In this document: positions 1-13,445 of the stretch, piece after piece
Numbering within the stretch: position 1 is the first letter of the stretch
How the letters are laid out: each line of letters opens with the position of its first letter
Source: Convolutriloba macropyga
Taxonomy: Eukaryota
NCBI RefSeq assembly: GCF_964194025.1
Contig: NC_134469.1
Location: 82,088,001 to 82,152,000, forward strand
Length of the DNA: 64,000 nucleotides
Direction: 5' to 3'
Position numbers and translations under genes: made by a program
Notes under the pieces: model-generated
Told to the model about the DNA's origin: nothing
The model's input: the letters and a program-made list of their open reading frames with translations, nothing else
Databases searched by the model: none

Positions 1-599
1 GGTGAATATCCAAAAGTAACAAAAAATATGAAAACTCGTAGTGTCAAAATCAGAAACGAATTAGTGAAAACATTAAACTAGAACAATTATTTTTTGTTGC
101 ACTAGAAGGAGGATGTGACCAATCATTAAAGAAACTAAGCTACTAGTTGACAAAAATAAAATTAGAAAAAGGTCAAAGATCAGAAATGCACCAATTTTTT
201 CCAAAACAAACACTTTCAAAATCAGAAGACCCATTAGGTATCAACTGAAAGCATTAGATATGTTCCCTTATACATCTGTAAGAAGTCAAACATACTATTA
301 ATTAATGAGAGGAAGTCAGAATTCTACCAAAAGAACAACAAATGCAGGAAAAATATAAGAAACCATGAAAAATTTACACTTTGTCCAATCCATAGAAACG
401 GTTAACTTTTTTCTGAAAACAGTATATATGTTCATTGGGTCTCATTTGTACGTAGTTATTATCTGTTATTAATTGAACCTTGATATGAGAACTGACTTGT
501 CACAAACAACAAACACTTTTATTTAGATAATTCTAAATAAAAAATAATTTCATTGTCGAAATACCATTGTCGAAACAATCAGCAGCAAATAAGCAACTC

Positions 600-1200
600 T
601 TTTTACTGCTCATGTTCACAATAATTTGATACTTATAGTCTTTTCTAAAACTAGTTTTTCCACACATTAATGGCTTGGAACACAATTCTACGCCAAAAGC
701 ATAATTTTTGAGCTTGCATATAAAAACCCCTTTGGATGTAGAAACGCATCACAACTTCATAAATGGAGTTCGTCAAAGCCAAGTTTGACAAGCACGAAAA
801 ATTACATCAAACTGTTTGAGTTGTCACCTGATGAAGCTTTTAATTTAAAAATTCAATTTCTGGGCTAAGTAAACAAAGCAAACAAAGAATAAAGGAAAAA
901 ATAACAAACAAATAAACATGCCAAAGGAAAATTTTAGCAGAATTACTTCTGTAACCACTTAGGAAATGTCAACATTGTAATTGTTAGATAGTAATACATT
1001 TTGGTGATCAGATTAAAAATTGACGAAAGATTTTCAGCGCAAAACTCAATCATTATCTCTGTTGCTGAGTTTCCGATGCAAATCTCTGAAAACTCAAATT
1101 GATTATTTCAAAATTACGTTTTTGTATCTAGCCATGATGTCTCCACTAAGATACACAGATCATCAACGTCCAAGTTCTGGAATATTCTAGATCTGCGCTA
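600..1200 (-). mobile_element. Highly decayed LINE APE-endonuclease fragment
   Basis: Minus-strand remnants IFQNLDVDDLCILVETSWL and LLSNNYNVDI resemble LQQLDSETIVIVTETWM and LLFGNYNINM of the LINE at 10.2 kb; many stops; boundaries approximate. Confidence 0.3.
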
Positions 1201-3625
1201 AAAACCAGCAAATATCTAAAACAAAAATTACAATAAATTAACTAAGAATTGTGAAATTTCAAAGTGAACTTATTTTACTGTTAAAAAATCAAAATGTTAA
1301 CATTTTTACAGCTTCGTACAAGAGCTCAAATATGACTTAAAAAACCCGCTTGTATATAAGATGAAACCTACCACACCTTTCAATTTTTTCATTTATATAT
1401 GATAGATATGCACTGAACATTGAAAAATGTTTGAAACAACAAAAAATCTTTAAAAATGAGATAAAGGTACGTTTCAGGTCTCCGAAACTAGCTAATACTT
1501 TGATTTAACTCAGAGTCTAAATTTTCTTGCTGAATGCGATTGTAGGCGATTAAAATGCTTGACTAATTTGTAATGTAGTAGTAAAAAATGATGTAGAAAA
1601 AAATTGTCCACATAGAGAGAAAAATGGCTCACTGAAAGTTAACGCAAAATACTTGAAATGTTAAAAAAAATTGAAAAATGGCGCTATAATTATCTTCAAA
1701 TTAGATCAAGATAATGCTCGTTAAAAAAAATTATCGAACCAAGCATTTTGAAACACTTCGTTTGCTAAAAGGTAAAACAAATAACATCATGGCCATTAAA
1801 TTTCACTTTAATTTGCCTACAGAGAAGCTAATTTTTAACAGATAGTTATCTAAAAGTGAACGAATATAGCGTATATCCAGCCAAATTACACATGTCCAGC
1901 AAACTACACATGTAATCTCCTCCGAAAAACAAGAAACTCGAAAACTGACCCCGATAATACATTCTATGGCTGTATGCTTTCTTATGACATCATTGAACTT
2001 AGTTGTCAACCGATTGGTCAATAATGTTGATTATAATCCCCCATCCCCCCCCCCGCCTCTAGATTAAATTTTCACATTTCAATTGAACTTAAATGGCATA
2101 TATAATAAACTTACGACCCAAAAAGCAAATAAACAAATGGGCCATAAAATTTCCCGTATTACGTCAATTCCTTACCCCAGCACTTATTGCTCAGCGGATA
2201 AAGAACGGAAAAACAGAGCGCCCAAAAAAGATTGCCAGCAAAAACCAGTTTCATACAAGCAAAGGCTTTCTGTCAAAGTTTTCAAACTTATTACTTATAT
2301 CTCAGATCTGAGGCAAACAAAAACAAGAATGATGAGCGTAAACAAATTATATATACCTGAGTACACAGAACGCTTCCTAAAACAAATCGGGATAAAAGTA
2401 AAAAATGTTTTGATGTCAAGAAATGAACAAAGCAAATATCTGACAAGGAGGATCTGTAATGAGCGTCGGGACAAAAAGTTCCAAACCATCAAATAAGAGA
2501 TAAAAATTGAAAAGGTAGAAATTCTCTATCAGGGAAAAGTATCTTTTTCATGTATCGGACCATTTTGTGCGAACAAGGCTCTTAAGAATTCATTCAAATA
2601 ATTTATGCGAACAGGTTCAAGTAAAAAAAATCAAAAGCCAATAAAACCCGTGGACTAAGTCTTACGTGCACTAAATTATCAAAGTTCTTAAGACTGCTAA
2701 ATGTAATACTGCTTCGAGGGGGAAAAAGAAACATTTTCAGAGCTTTTCGATTATTTTCTGATTGTTTTCGTAGTGTCCTATGCTTTGTTGACTAACAAAA
2801 GTAGAGCTTGCTGAAAAAATAATGTTAATCAGATCATCAATTTGCTGAAAACATCGAATTATATTTGCGGACTTACAGTATCGTTTTTGATATTTTTCAC
2901 CCAAATTCTTTTACGGGGTTTGTAAAATTCGCCAGATCTTTTTTCATTTAATCATAGCTGTTCTGTAAATCTATACTGTTGTAAATATTAGACAAGATCT
3001 TACGAATTTATCTTCCTATCTAATCTAGTCTATAAATAATTTCTACATTTTAAACCTGAAAATTTGCTCAAGAACCAAAATAAAATCGAAATTATCTCTT
3101 CCAACAACCCATCGAGTTTTAAGGGCTTTCCAATGATACCATTTTTTTGAAAAATGTGTTCAAGGTTCGAAAATGTCATCACAAAAAGTAGGGCGCCCAC
3201 AAGAAAAAGGTTGCTTTTTATACGGCCAATTTCCGGTTAGCTTCATCTATTTGATGAGTAATTTTCATCTAGTAATTGAAAGACACTAGATAAATCATAA
3301 ATAAAAATAATAATATAAACATAAATAATAAAGCGGTGCATCTTTTTTCATTTTGCTGTCAAGAACTAAATTTTTATCAATACTTGATTAAAGAAGAAAA
3401 TAGCCACAAGCAAATGGGTAAACAAACTTAACCATAAAAATTTCAATAATGAACCAGTTCAACATCTGAAAATTTGTTTACGAACTTTATTAATAAAAGC
3501 AAAAATTACCAAGAGGAATATTCTTTATTAAGATTCGCTTTCGAAAACAATTCATTTGTTAAATGAAAAATTTGGGAAAAAAGTTTGCAAAAAATACGGT
3601 TTTGAATAAATTTCAGTTGAGACTA

Positions 3626-3798
3626 GTAAGGCGTTAGGCTCTAAGAGAGCTGCTCGGTCACTTAATGCCCTCCGAGCGCTATATGTCGATCCCGTTTTTG
3701 AGGACGAAAAGTCAAATGCGTCAGACGAAAAAATCAGTCAAGCAAAAAGACCACAGGACTAATATAATTGCTACAAACTTTGTTTGAGAGCAATTTAA
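3626..3798 (-). mobile_element. HINE family 1 fragment
   Basis: Ends in aacttgtttgagagcaatttaa (family terminus); body similar to 40610-40779 and 54205-54339. Confidence 0.6.
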
Positions 3799-5049
3799 AA
3801 TGTTACTATTTCGTAGTTGTTTTTAAAAGTTGTACGGTTAATGGATGGTTTGCAATCCTTAAGCACTGCTATACCACTTTCAAAACAAGAACCTAAGATA
3901 GAAGCTGCAAAAATCAACGCATCTTTTTTCAATAACAGAATCGGATAGGTTAACTTGGCATCATCCTTCTTACCAATATCGATTTATGAATTTCAGAAAA
4001 AAACGAAATTGCATTTGTAAAATAAATATAAATTTCTGATAGTAAAAGAAGCTAAGAAATCGGTCCAAACGAGCAAAAATAAAAAATATAAAAAATATAA
4101 GATAAAAAAATATAAAAGCTGTCACGTAGAGCCTTTCAAATTTTTTTTTGTTCGCTGCACCTCTTTGCTGTTTTGAAGTGTCAGTGACTGAATGAAGTTA
4201 ACCAGAAACTCAGTTTGAGAAGCAAGTTTCGTTGACACTCCCATTTGGCAAAATTATCTTAAATTATGCAAATTTTACTGCTTTGTGAACACCCAAATTA
4301 TATTTCAAAAGTGTACACAGCTTTCAAATGAACAGCACAAAATCAGTTTTACCTACTTTTTGCATTTAGTTTTGGAGAAATTGGAGCACTTTGAAGTTTT
4401 TTTGAAACATTTACTTCTTCGAACAAAACTTGCCGTTTATCAAGTATTAGTTTATTAGCCTGCAAATTTCAATTAAAATAATTGACAGAACATTCCAATA
4501 GAAAAACCGCCGGGTTTTTGAACTTCAACACCTCAGGTTTTTTTATAAAGACTTCATGCGTTTGGCTCGTAAATTTAACTTTGATTTCGTTCAGAATAAG
4601 CCACGGTCGAAATTACTTTTTGAAAACCATCGAGATGTTGTATTTTTCAATTCAGAAAAAGACTAGCACATTGCGTGTTTAATCTGAGAAACAACGAGAA
4701 AACTTCTATTAAAAAAACTTCATCAATTAACGTTCTAAAATAGTATTTTTGCATTTTTTTAAACATCAGAAACGGTAATAATCAATAATCAAGTTTTCAA
4801 CAATAAGCAAATCAGCTCCCATAGTTATGCAGCTGATATCGAAAACAAAAAATAAACAGAAAAACAAGACGCGCAATGACACGCATGAACCATTTTGCTT
4901 GCTGTGAAACAACTAGAGACCAAAACATTAGAAGACATGAGCCCAAAAACCAAATATTTTGACACCGACCAGGAAATGTTACAGCCTAGTTGAGTTCTTA
5001 AGATTCATAGTAGAGAAACTGCACTTCAAAACAGTTCCAAGGGGTCCTA

Positions 5050-6050
5050 CCAGTTTATCTCGTTACAAAACTATTTTTTCTTCAAAATGCAACAAAACAT
5101 CTATCAAAAAAAGCTATCCCGATTAACTTTAAATTTCTCGAGAGTTCTTTCAGAATGGCTATGAGAACGACCATGGAAATCAAAGACCCATATAGTTATA
5201 ACCTACATTAAAAAATTTCCAAAGTGATATTTGAGCGTACTGGACTATTTAGAATAGCTCAAGTTGCTCATTGATAATGAATTCGGTTTTCGAGAAAAAT
5301 TGAAAATTGAATACCAAAAACGCGGCTGTTTTATAAAATATAAGAAACATGCAGGCGCTTTAAAAAGAATTTCAAAGGTCATTCTCAACCTTTAAAAAGA
5401 AGTTTTCTAAAATGGTCGTAACCTATTCCTTGATTTAAATGTTTTCAAAAAGTCATCGAAAGGCAGTGATTGGACTTGATGCCCTAAGTTCTGTCACTGG
5501 ACCTCTCCTGTATCTATTGCACAATAATGACCTTTTACAAATTGAAATGCATAAAAGCCCTCATCCGAAGGTACCAGGAAGACTTGAACGCTGTCATTAT
5601 TTTGGAACAAAGCCAAAAAGTTAACAGTGAACCTAAAAAATCAAAATTCTTCTGTACGATCGTAACCAATCGAATTACGATGTATTTTACTCTGATTAAA
5701 GTGTGAGAAATATTCAGGCATATATTGATTCTAAGCTTAAGTTCAAGCATCAATTTGAATATATACGAATATAGTTAGTCAAGTTATGTTCCATTGCCTA
5801 TCGGTCAGAATTATCATTAAAGTTACGTAAATTCTTTCCTACTGCAGAAGTCACGTTCAGCCTTGTATTCAGTATCGTGTCTTACTGGTTCAACAAAAAG
5901 TCATTCCTTAAAAGCCTGTTTATAGGTTGCAAAAAATTTCACGCAACAATTCTGAGAAAAAAGACCAAGAATCAATTAACATTTTTTAAGGATTTCTATA
6001 AAATCTAAACATCTTTGATTTATGTCTACTAGATTTGTTCCTTCTCTAAT
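5050..6050 (+). mobile_element. Decayed LINE reverse-transcriptase fragment
   Basis: Remnant motifs EFGFREK (~5279), LFLDL (~5423) and SSVTGPLLYLLHNNDL (~5487, cf. GSVLGPLLFLLYINDL). Confidence 0.65.
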
Positions 6051-6075
6051 TAAATTACACGACGTCGGATCAAAA

Positions 6076-9000
6076 GAGGTCAATTAAGAGAAAGACCCTC
6101 CCCTAAAAGCGTAGTCGGCAAAAGATGAAGATATTAAAGCATCAGAAGTATAATCAAAATAGATATGGTAAATAGCAATTATAGTATAATGTGTAGTGAT
6201 TTTGAATCAAGATTAGAAAAAATATTAATCATTTAGCACAAGCGACTCCCTTCCTCTACAATGGTTCCTATTGATGGACTGCTTTAAGCCTCTTGATGGA
6301 CTCGGGATATTTGTAGGAATCCGGCATGCTTCTTGGGCAACTCTTCGCATACGGATTAAACACTTTCACATCGAAGAACGTTCTGCTGAAACGTGGATCG
6401 AAGAAACCATTAGCTTTGATATCTAGTCGAGCGTCACCTCCAATAGTGGTAGTTCTATTTCCCCTTGCAAAAGGTTTCCCCTTGCAAAATCTGAAATCAG
6501 GGCTCTACTTCTACATCATCACAGACCTCATTGAGCAGGTTGGCAAAAGAGTCACGGATGCCATTGTGTCTTATGTGCGTACAGCCACCTTTTGGACAAT
6601 GAAGAGCATGCGCTACATTAAAGTTTTCTCCACATGCGCATCTTGATACCAATTTTATGGGATCCCATCCATATCTAAGAGCAATTCCATCTCTAAACTC
6701 TCCCTTGGTTAAATCAAAAGTATATCTTTTCAATGGAAGTGCATTTAGCCAGCATGATGCTCCTTTTTCCATAGCCAAAAATAGCGAACATGTCTCTTTA
6801 TCATTGATGAGATCGTTGACTGCCAATTTTTTCGCTCGTGCTTGTTCCTGTTTTTCTTTTCTGATTTTCTGAAGGATTTTTTTCCTGATGAAACTATGCA
6901 TCTATAGAGTTATGATTCTGTAACGGCTCACCGATCCGAATAGATCTCTCATATTCGTTTGCCCTGTCTTCAGGAAGAAGAATGCTTAGGCCAACCTCTT
7001 TAACAGGAAGAGAGAAAACCTTCAGGTATCTGTCATTGAAAGAGGGATGATTCAACGTTGAAGGTATAAGATTTTTATCAATTATTTTTTCGGCTTCCTT
7101 CAGCAGACTGTCGAGTTTGTAGTAGTCCTACCAATAAACGTCAATTTGTGTTGCAAACCGTTAGGAAATGATTCGTACACATTCTGAGGGGTTACCTTAC
7201 TATGTTTGGCGAGCTTCTCAAGCATGTTAGAGTAGTTCACTGACTTTTCTTTCAGAAAACAGTTGCCGCTTTCATCGGAACCAATAACTGAACCCAGAAC
7301 TCGATGACCTTCAATAACGCCAACATCTAATCCCGAAAAAACTTGGTTCGCCTACTGAACAAACTCAGGTTTTGTAATGAGATGACATTTGATTACTTTA
7401 TAACCGAATGCACCGCCATGTTCAGAGCTTATCTAGCGCGATTCGCAGCGATTTAAGGCTACCGGCCACATTGCCGTCATCTGCGTACCATTTATGAGTC
7501 AAATTTTGATCTTCGAGCATATACATGAGAGGATGTGTAGCCACTCCGTACATTGCCATGGTTATTGGATCACCTGGTGTTGTTCTTTCCTGAGATTTGA
7601 TTACTCTTTTATCAACGAAAAGGTCTGATGAGGTCTTTTAAGAGTTTCTGATGTCTGTATAAATTGAGGGACAAAGTTTTTTGGTGTTTTTTAGAGCCAG
7701 ATATCTATTCAAGCTTTTAAACGCGTTCTTGGCATCAATCAGTAGGATCCATTCAGTACGATCTTCAAGAAACCGCCGACGGAGTGCATGGATAGCATGT
7801 TAGATGCCACTCTTTTGTCCAAGGAATATCTGTACGTTTCTCCCAAGTAATTGGAGATACGGTCTAACGCACTTTACTATACTCCAGCTATAATTCGTCT
7901 TAAGACCTCACCAATGCCAATTGGTCGAACCACGACATTTATCTAGTGCAATCAGACGACAAGCGTTATAAGAATTCAAGAAATTTAGTTTTTCAGTGGA
8001 AATTCTGATTGTAAGTTTGTACACTGTTTTAAGATCAATTGAAGAGGATTTGTGTCATGTCAAAAGTCGTCTCCATTCGCGTGCATCAAAATCAGATGGG
8101 CCCTGGCTGCCAATTGTTTTCATAGCGGCGCGTTTTATTTCAGAGCTTTTAATTTTTTCAAACATAGCAGGATGGAACGGCAAACGCCGATTTTTCAGAT
8201 CAATTACTATGTATTTAAGAGCGGCTTTCTGAATACATGGGTGCTTTTCTTGTAGAAGATCAAGTACGGTGCAGTTTTTTCTTTTGATAGTCACTTTATC
8301 AGATGTTGATAGCACACCGCGCTTTGCAACGTCTGAAAGACATCGTAAGTATTCGATTTCTTACCAGACTCCATTTGTTTGTGAAAGACTTTAAATCCAT
8401 CCACTTCTCGTTTTCTGTTTAACTTCCATAACCGCTCCAGAAGTGCCTTGGCCTCAACAAACAGGTCGTCGAGTTTGCTCCTGATAAACAGATAGAGCCT
8501 TCTAGACAAAGTTTTTGTTATTGAAGCATCATTTTCACTTTTGAAACTTGCGAGCAGTAAATGCGGCATTTTCCTTGTGAAAATCATAGCGCATTCAGTC
8601 TGAGGTACATCTTCAAGCATCCTGATGATAAAGCTGATCATAAAATTTGCAATTTTGAAGCCTACTTTATTTTTGCTAATGGTAAAGCAGATTGATTTCC
8701 AGCGAACTATTTCATTGTAAATATTCCGTAGAGTTTCTATTTGTTCGTCTTTAAAGTTTTTCCAAAAGTCGCATGGTTGCGGGGGTGTCTCGATTTAGGG
8801 TGTTGGTTCATGTTTAGATATTTCTTGAGGGTCAACTTTTGCATGTTCACTGCAGTGTTTGCAAATGAAGTTTGGATGGTGATCGTTTTTAGTTGACAGG
8901 CCGCTGCTTTTGATATGCATATATGTACCGCCACCGTAGCACCAAACTCCACCTACTTGGAGGTGAATAGAACAATTAGAGCAATGGGTTTGAGTATCTG

Positions 9001-9146
9001 ACATTGTCAGAGGAAGGCTGATCACCGAGTGTAGATTATTGATAAAGATGAATATAACTGCCTAAAGTTCATTGCAAAAGGATATCACACTATGTAGATA
9101 CAAGGTAAACAAATGGTTACCGTAGAAAGAGAAATGAATTCCATCT
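6076..9146 (-). mobile_element. CRE-clade (RLE-type) non-LTR retrotransposon, near full length, frameshifted
   Basis: N-terminal PHD-like Cys/His cluster (ORF 8795-9025); RT motifs RPIGIGEVLRRI (~7900), TTPGDPITMAMY (~7570) and WYADD (~7480); EKGASCWLNALP, CACG..HALHCPKGG..IRHN and ARLDIKANGF..RTFFDVKVFNPYA (zinc knuckle plus restriction-like endonuclease); flanked by an imperfect direct repeat at 6060-6075 / 9147-9164. Confidence 0.85.
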
Positions 9147-10164
9147 CGACAGTCGGATCCAAAAAAATTTTCAAGCCAAAATTCATTTTCCAATACTTCA
9201 TATGATTGATATGGCAAACTTGAGATTCATACAAAATCTGGTTTTAAATATCGATCAGTCATCGAACCTTAATATAGCAATCCCCACAAAGATTTAAACA
9301 AATTTTAAGAGTACACTTTCGAATGATACTTTTCAAATTATGACAGAAAGAGGTAAGATATTTTGAAATAGCTGAATCAAGTTCTGGTTTTATCATAGCA
9401 TTTGGTTTCAATAAGTACAACCTTCTTGTCCTGTATTATTGGCCTTCGCCGGATTTTACCACAAAGAATTTGATGTTTGTCAATTGCATCCCGGACCCGA
9501 GTGTCAGAGACTTTCATTACTGAATCAGTATATTCCAATAGTAAATCGACGATTCAGTACTGAATCAGAGTGACCTATGGGTACTTTGTTAGCCAAGTGT
9601 GTTCAGTATAAACCCAGAAAGCATTTTTTTTAAGATAGCAAATTTCAACTTTGCTAAAACTAATCGGTGTTAATCAATCTGCGCGAGATTAACCAATTGA
9701 ATATAGTGACGTCACAAAAAGTCTGTTACACAGGTTAAGAGAGGCAATTAAAAGGCAGAGTTTTAAGGATCTTTTTTACAACTCCCTCTTAGTAAAATTG
9801 GGAGGGGGATTTTGTTCAATTGCAGAAAGTAACAAGCAAATCATTGACCAATCAGAGAAAAAAATAACTTTCGTATAAGCGCATAGCATGACAAACAATG
9901 GAATAAAAATAAACCATGCTATGACAATTAACCGCAATGGAAAACAAAGAGGAAAACATTTGCTATTGGCCGGGCGGTTGGCCCGCCTCGCCGCCATAAC
10001 GGGCCGGAATTCCTGATTGCAACCCACAGCGCATGAGAGGCATGGCCTGGAGCAGCAGTGCGCTATACCGCTTATAGTTATTTGGATCTTTCGTTTGTAC
10101 CCCACCCCCCCCCCTGCCCGGCGCGTTATGCACCCTCCGGTTACAAAACACGTGCCATTACATA

Positions 10165-13100
10165 GTGAAAGACTAGGTATACATTTTGGGAAATGTGAAA
10201 GACCAGGTATACATTAAGCAACGTTACTTAACTCAAGTAAATAAGAAACATGATAATTTAGAAAATGTGCTGATATATTGCCAGAGAAAGCTGATTTTAT
10301 TATTCATTGCGGCTGTTCGTTGTGTTTCACGTTTTTTGCTTCTTTGTGGTGACATAGAAAAAAATCCTGGACCCTTTGATGCTTCAAAACTTTCTACTTT
10401 GGATGATGCTATATTTGGCGCTCAAAATGGCATTAAATTTCTACTTTTCAACGCTCGCAGCATACAAAACAAGTATCAAGATATATCAAACTTGCTTCAG
10501 CAGCTGGATTCGGAAACTATTGTTATAGTAACTGAAACTTGGATGAGCGAAGAACAAAGCTTGAATATAAACCTCAGCGCTGAGCACAATTTTTTGCATA
10601 AAAATCGGTCACATCAAACAGGAGCAGCTAAGGGTGGGGGTGTAGGAACATGGATTCCAAAGAACATAAATTTTAAACGCAGAAGAGAATTTGAGTTAGC
10701 TGATCCGAAATTTTTTGAAACGTTGTGGCTGGAACTAGGCAACCCATTAACGGAAAAATGTCTCATTAACATCTCCTATTGTCCACATCAAAGCCTGGGT
10801 GACTTCTTTTTAGACGAATTAAGTGCAGAGGTTTCCAATGCGTTTTCAGCTACAGATAATATTCTCTTATTTGGTAATTATAACATTAATATGTTGAGTG
10901 TAAATGGGAAGAAAAACCTTCAGAATTTTGCGGCGGGACTAGGATTACAGTTATCTAACATTGATATTCCTACACGCATAAGCAACAATAAAAGAAGTTT
11001 GATAGATCACTGTTTTTCGACTAATGAGCAAATCACTAGTTGGAAAGTCTGCTTACCTCCTTTCGATATTGATCATAATGTAACTTTTTTCAGAGCAAAC
11101 CTTTTGTTAGAAGAAAAACAAAATTATTTGATTAAACGAGATACAAAAAATTTTGTCGATGGAAAATTTAATAGAGATCTGGCTCTTGCAGATTGGAGAA
11201 CAGTTTATCAACAGAGAAACTGCGATGAAATGTTTGCAGAGTTTAACAAAATTTTTATGACAATACTCGAGAAGAATGCACCAACAGAGAAGAAATTAGG
11301 TTCTAATATAAAAAAGACTACTTCAGAGAAACCTTGGGTGACAAAAGAAATTCAACATTTAGTTACCGAGAAACATCGTTACTTCAATGACTACAAATTG
11401 ACACAAAGTGCTGAATCATTTGTGTCATTTAAAAAGTATAACTACCTCGTAAATCCAAAGTTAAAAGAAGCACAAAATCAATTTTCAGAGGAATTTTTTA
11501 AGAAAATTGAAACCTCAAGAGAAATGGAAAATCAACAAGAAAAAAATCGGAAAGAAAAACAACAGTCCAAACATCACAGAAATTGATGAGAATGGTAGAA
11601 AAACGAAAGACAAAAAAATCAATATGTAACGCTTTTAACAGAGTTTTCTGCGAAATGGGCATCTACAGAGGGCAGATTGTTCCATTGAACGTCGAAAAAA
11701 TAGAGCGAAAATTTCCGAGTTTAACTTTAAACCTTTTACTTTGAGGGAAATCTATAAAGTTATTGACAATCTAGATAACAACAAAGCGCCAGGGCCGGGA
11801 TACATCAATGCTTGGGCATTGAAATCCGGAAAATATGCTCTTGGGACACATCTTCAGATTATATTTAACGATTGTATTCAAGAGAAATTTTTTCCAACAA
11901 TTCTTAAGGATGCGCACATCACACCAGTTTTCAAGAAAGGAGATGTTTCGGTTTTAACTAATTATCGTCCAATTTCTGTAACACCAACTTTCGCAAAATT
12001 TTTGAAAGGCTTTTACTTAATCAGTTAGTAGAATATCTTAAAAAATTTGCGCTCTTGAACAAAGAACAATTCGGTTTCCATTCTCGAAAGTCGTCTATTA
12101 ATGCTGTGCTTTATTTTATTGAAAAAATAATAGGAAACATGGAAGATAACAACGACACAGGTGCTGTATTCTTAGATCTTGCAAAAGCTTTCAATTCAAT
12201 TTCACATGAGATATTTCTCAAGAAAGCTGAAAATTTCAACCTCTCTCAATCAACAATTTTACTTCTCAAATCTTTTCTCGAAAATCGAACACAAGGCGTA
12301 AAACTGGGTGTTGACTTATCAGATAAAATAACTATTAATCATGGTGTTCCACAAGGAACTGTGTTAGGACCTCTTATTTTTCTGTTATATGTCAACAATT
12401 TTTCTGAAAAGCTGGAAGGTGAAAATGATGTTGTTCAATTTGCGGATGACACTAGTATTATATGCAAATTTGAACGTAATGAAAATATTCCCCAAAAACT
12501 TATAAAAATATTAGAACAAACAGACAAATACCTGACAGAGAATCAACTCACTTTAGATGCCGATAAAACAGATGTTATTCTTTACAAATCATACTAATTC
12601 GGATCCAGAGTTTTCATCTAAAGGCGAAGTTATCAAACCAGCTCATGCATGTCGATATCTGGGAGTACAAATTGATTCAAACCTAACTTTTGAAAATCAC
12701 CTGAACTCAGTTTTAGGCAAAATGGCTAATGCAATTCGTTCTTTGTATCTTGTAAGAAATCAAATACCTTTGAAAGTAAGAATTGATGTTTTCAAGTCAG
12801 TTGTACTCTCTCATCTCTCTTTCAGTGGAGTATTCCTTCAAACTCTTACAGTGAAAAACATGAACCGCATAAACAGGCAAATTAACTGGGGAATAAAAGT
12901 TTGTTATTTTCGTCAAAAATTTGACCACTCCATTGATCTTCTCATTAACGATCGTATCCTGCCAGCCGAATTGTTTATCTCAAAAGTTAGCCTAATGAAG
13001 CTACAAACAGACATAAGACAATGGGAAAAATCCGAAAATTTTAAAATGTTTTCTAGTCGCCATAACGCTAGACAGAACAAGAGAACAAATCAAAGAAAAC

Positions 13101-13445
13101 GAAAACGAAGTGGAGTAACAAATCCTTAATCTTGAAAAGCTTTCAAAAATGGAACAAATTGCCCTCTTCAATAAGAACTTTTAACAGTAAAACTTGCTTT
13201 AAAATTGTTTTAACCGAGTTTTTGCTCGATCAACACAAGAAAGTACCCGTTAATAGACAAATAGGAGCCTTCAAATCCTATTTTTACCTATGAAAACGAA
13301 CAGCCACAATTTGAAGATTATTATACTAATAACAATGCTGATTAATTTATTTAACATTTTTAACATTTTAGAGCATGTAGATATCTACTAACCTTAGGGT
13401 TATAGTCTGAGTAATTTACATGTTTCAAAAAATAAATGAATAAAT
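10165..13445 (+). mobile_element. APE-RT LINE (CR1/L2 group, Crack/Daphne-like) ORF2, 5'-truncated and frameshifted
   Basis: ORFs 10186-11586, 11741-12028, 12055-12597 and 12557-13129; APE motifs FNARS, VTETW, GNYN, IDH; RT motifs NYRPIS, QFGF, FLDLAKAFN, GVPQGTVLGP, FADD, YLGVQID; 3' tail aataaatgaataaat at 13431-13445. Confidence 0.92.
10330..10374 (+). other. 2A-like ribosomal skipping (StopGo) peptide RFLLLCGDIEKNPG/P
   Basis: Exact D(V/I)ExNPGP consensus (DIEKNPGP, 10351-10374) preceded by LLLCG, in frame just upstream of the APE domain. Confidence 0.9.

Noticed and set aside
2083-2496. 137-aa ORF, faintly like a Penelope RT-EN linker (LYIPEYTERFLKQIGIKV)
   Set aside because: No supporting RT or GIY-YIG motif is recognisable; too weak to call
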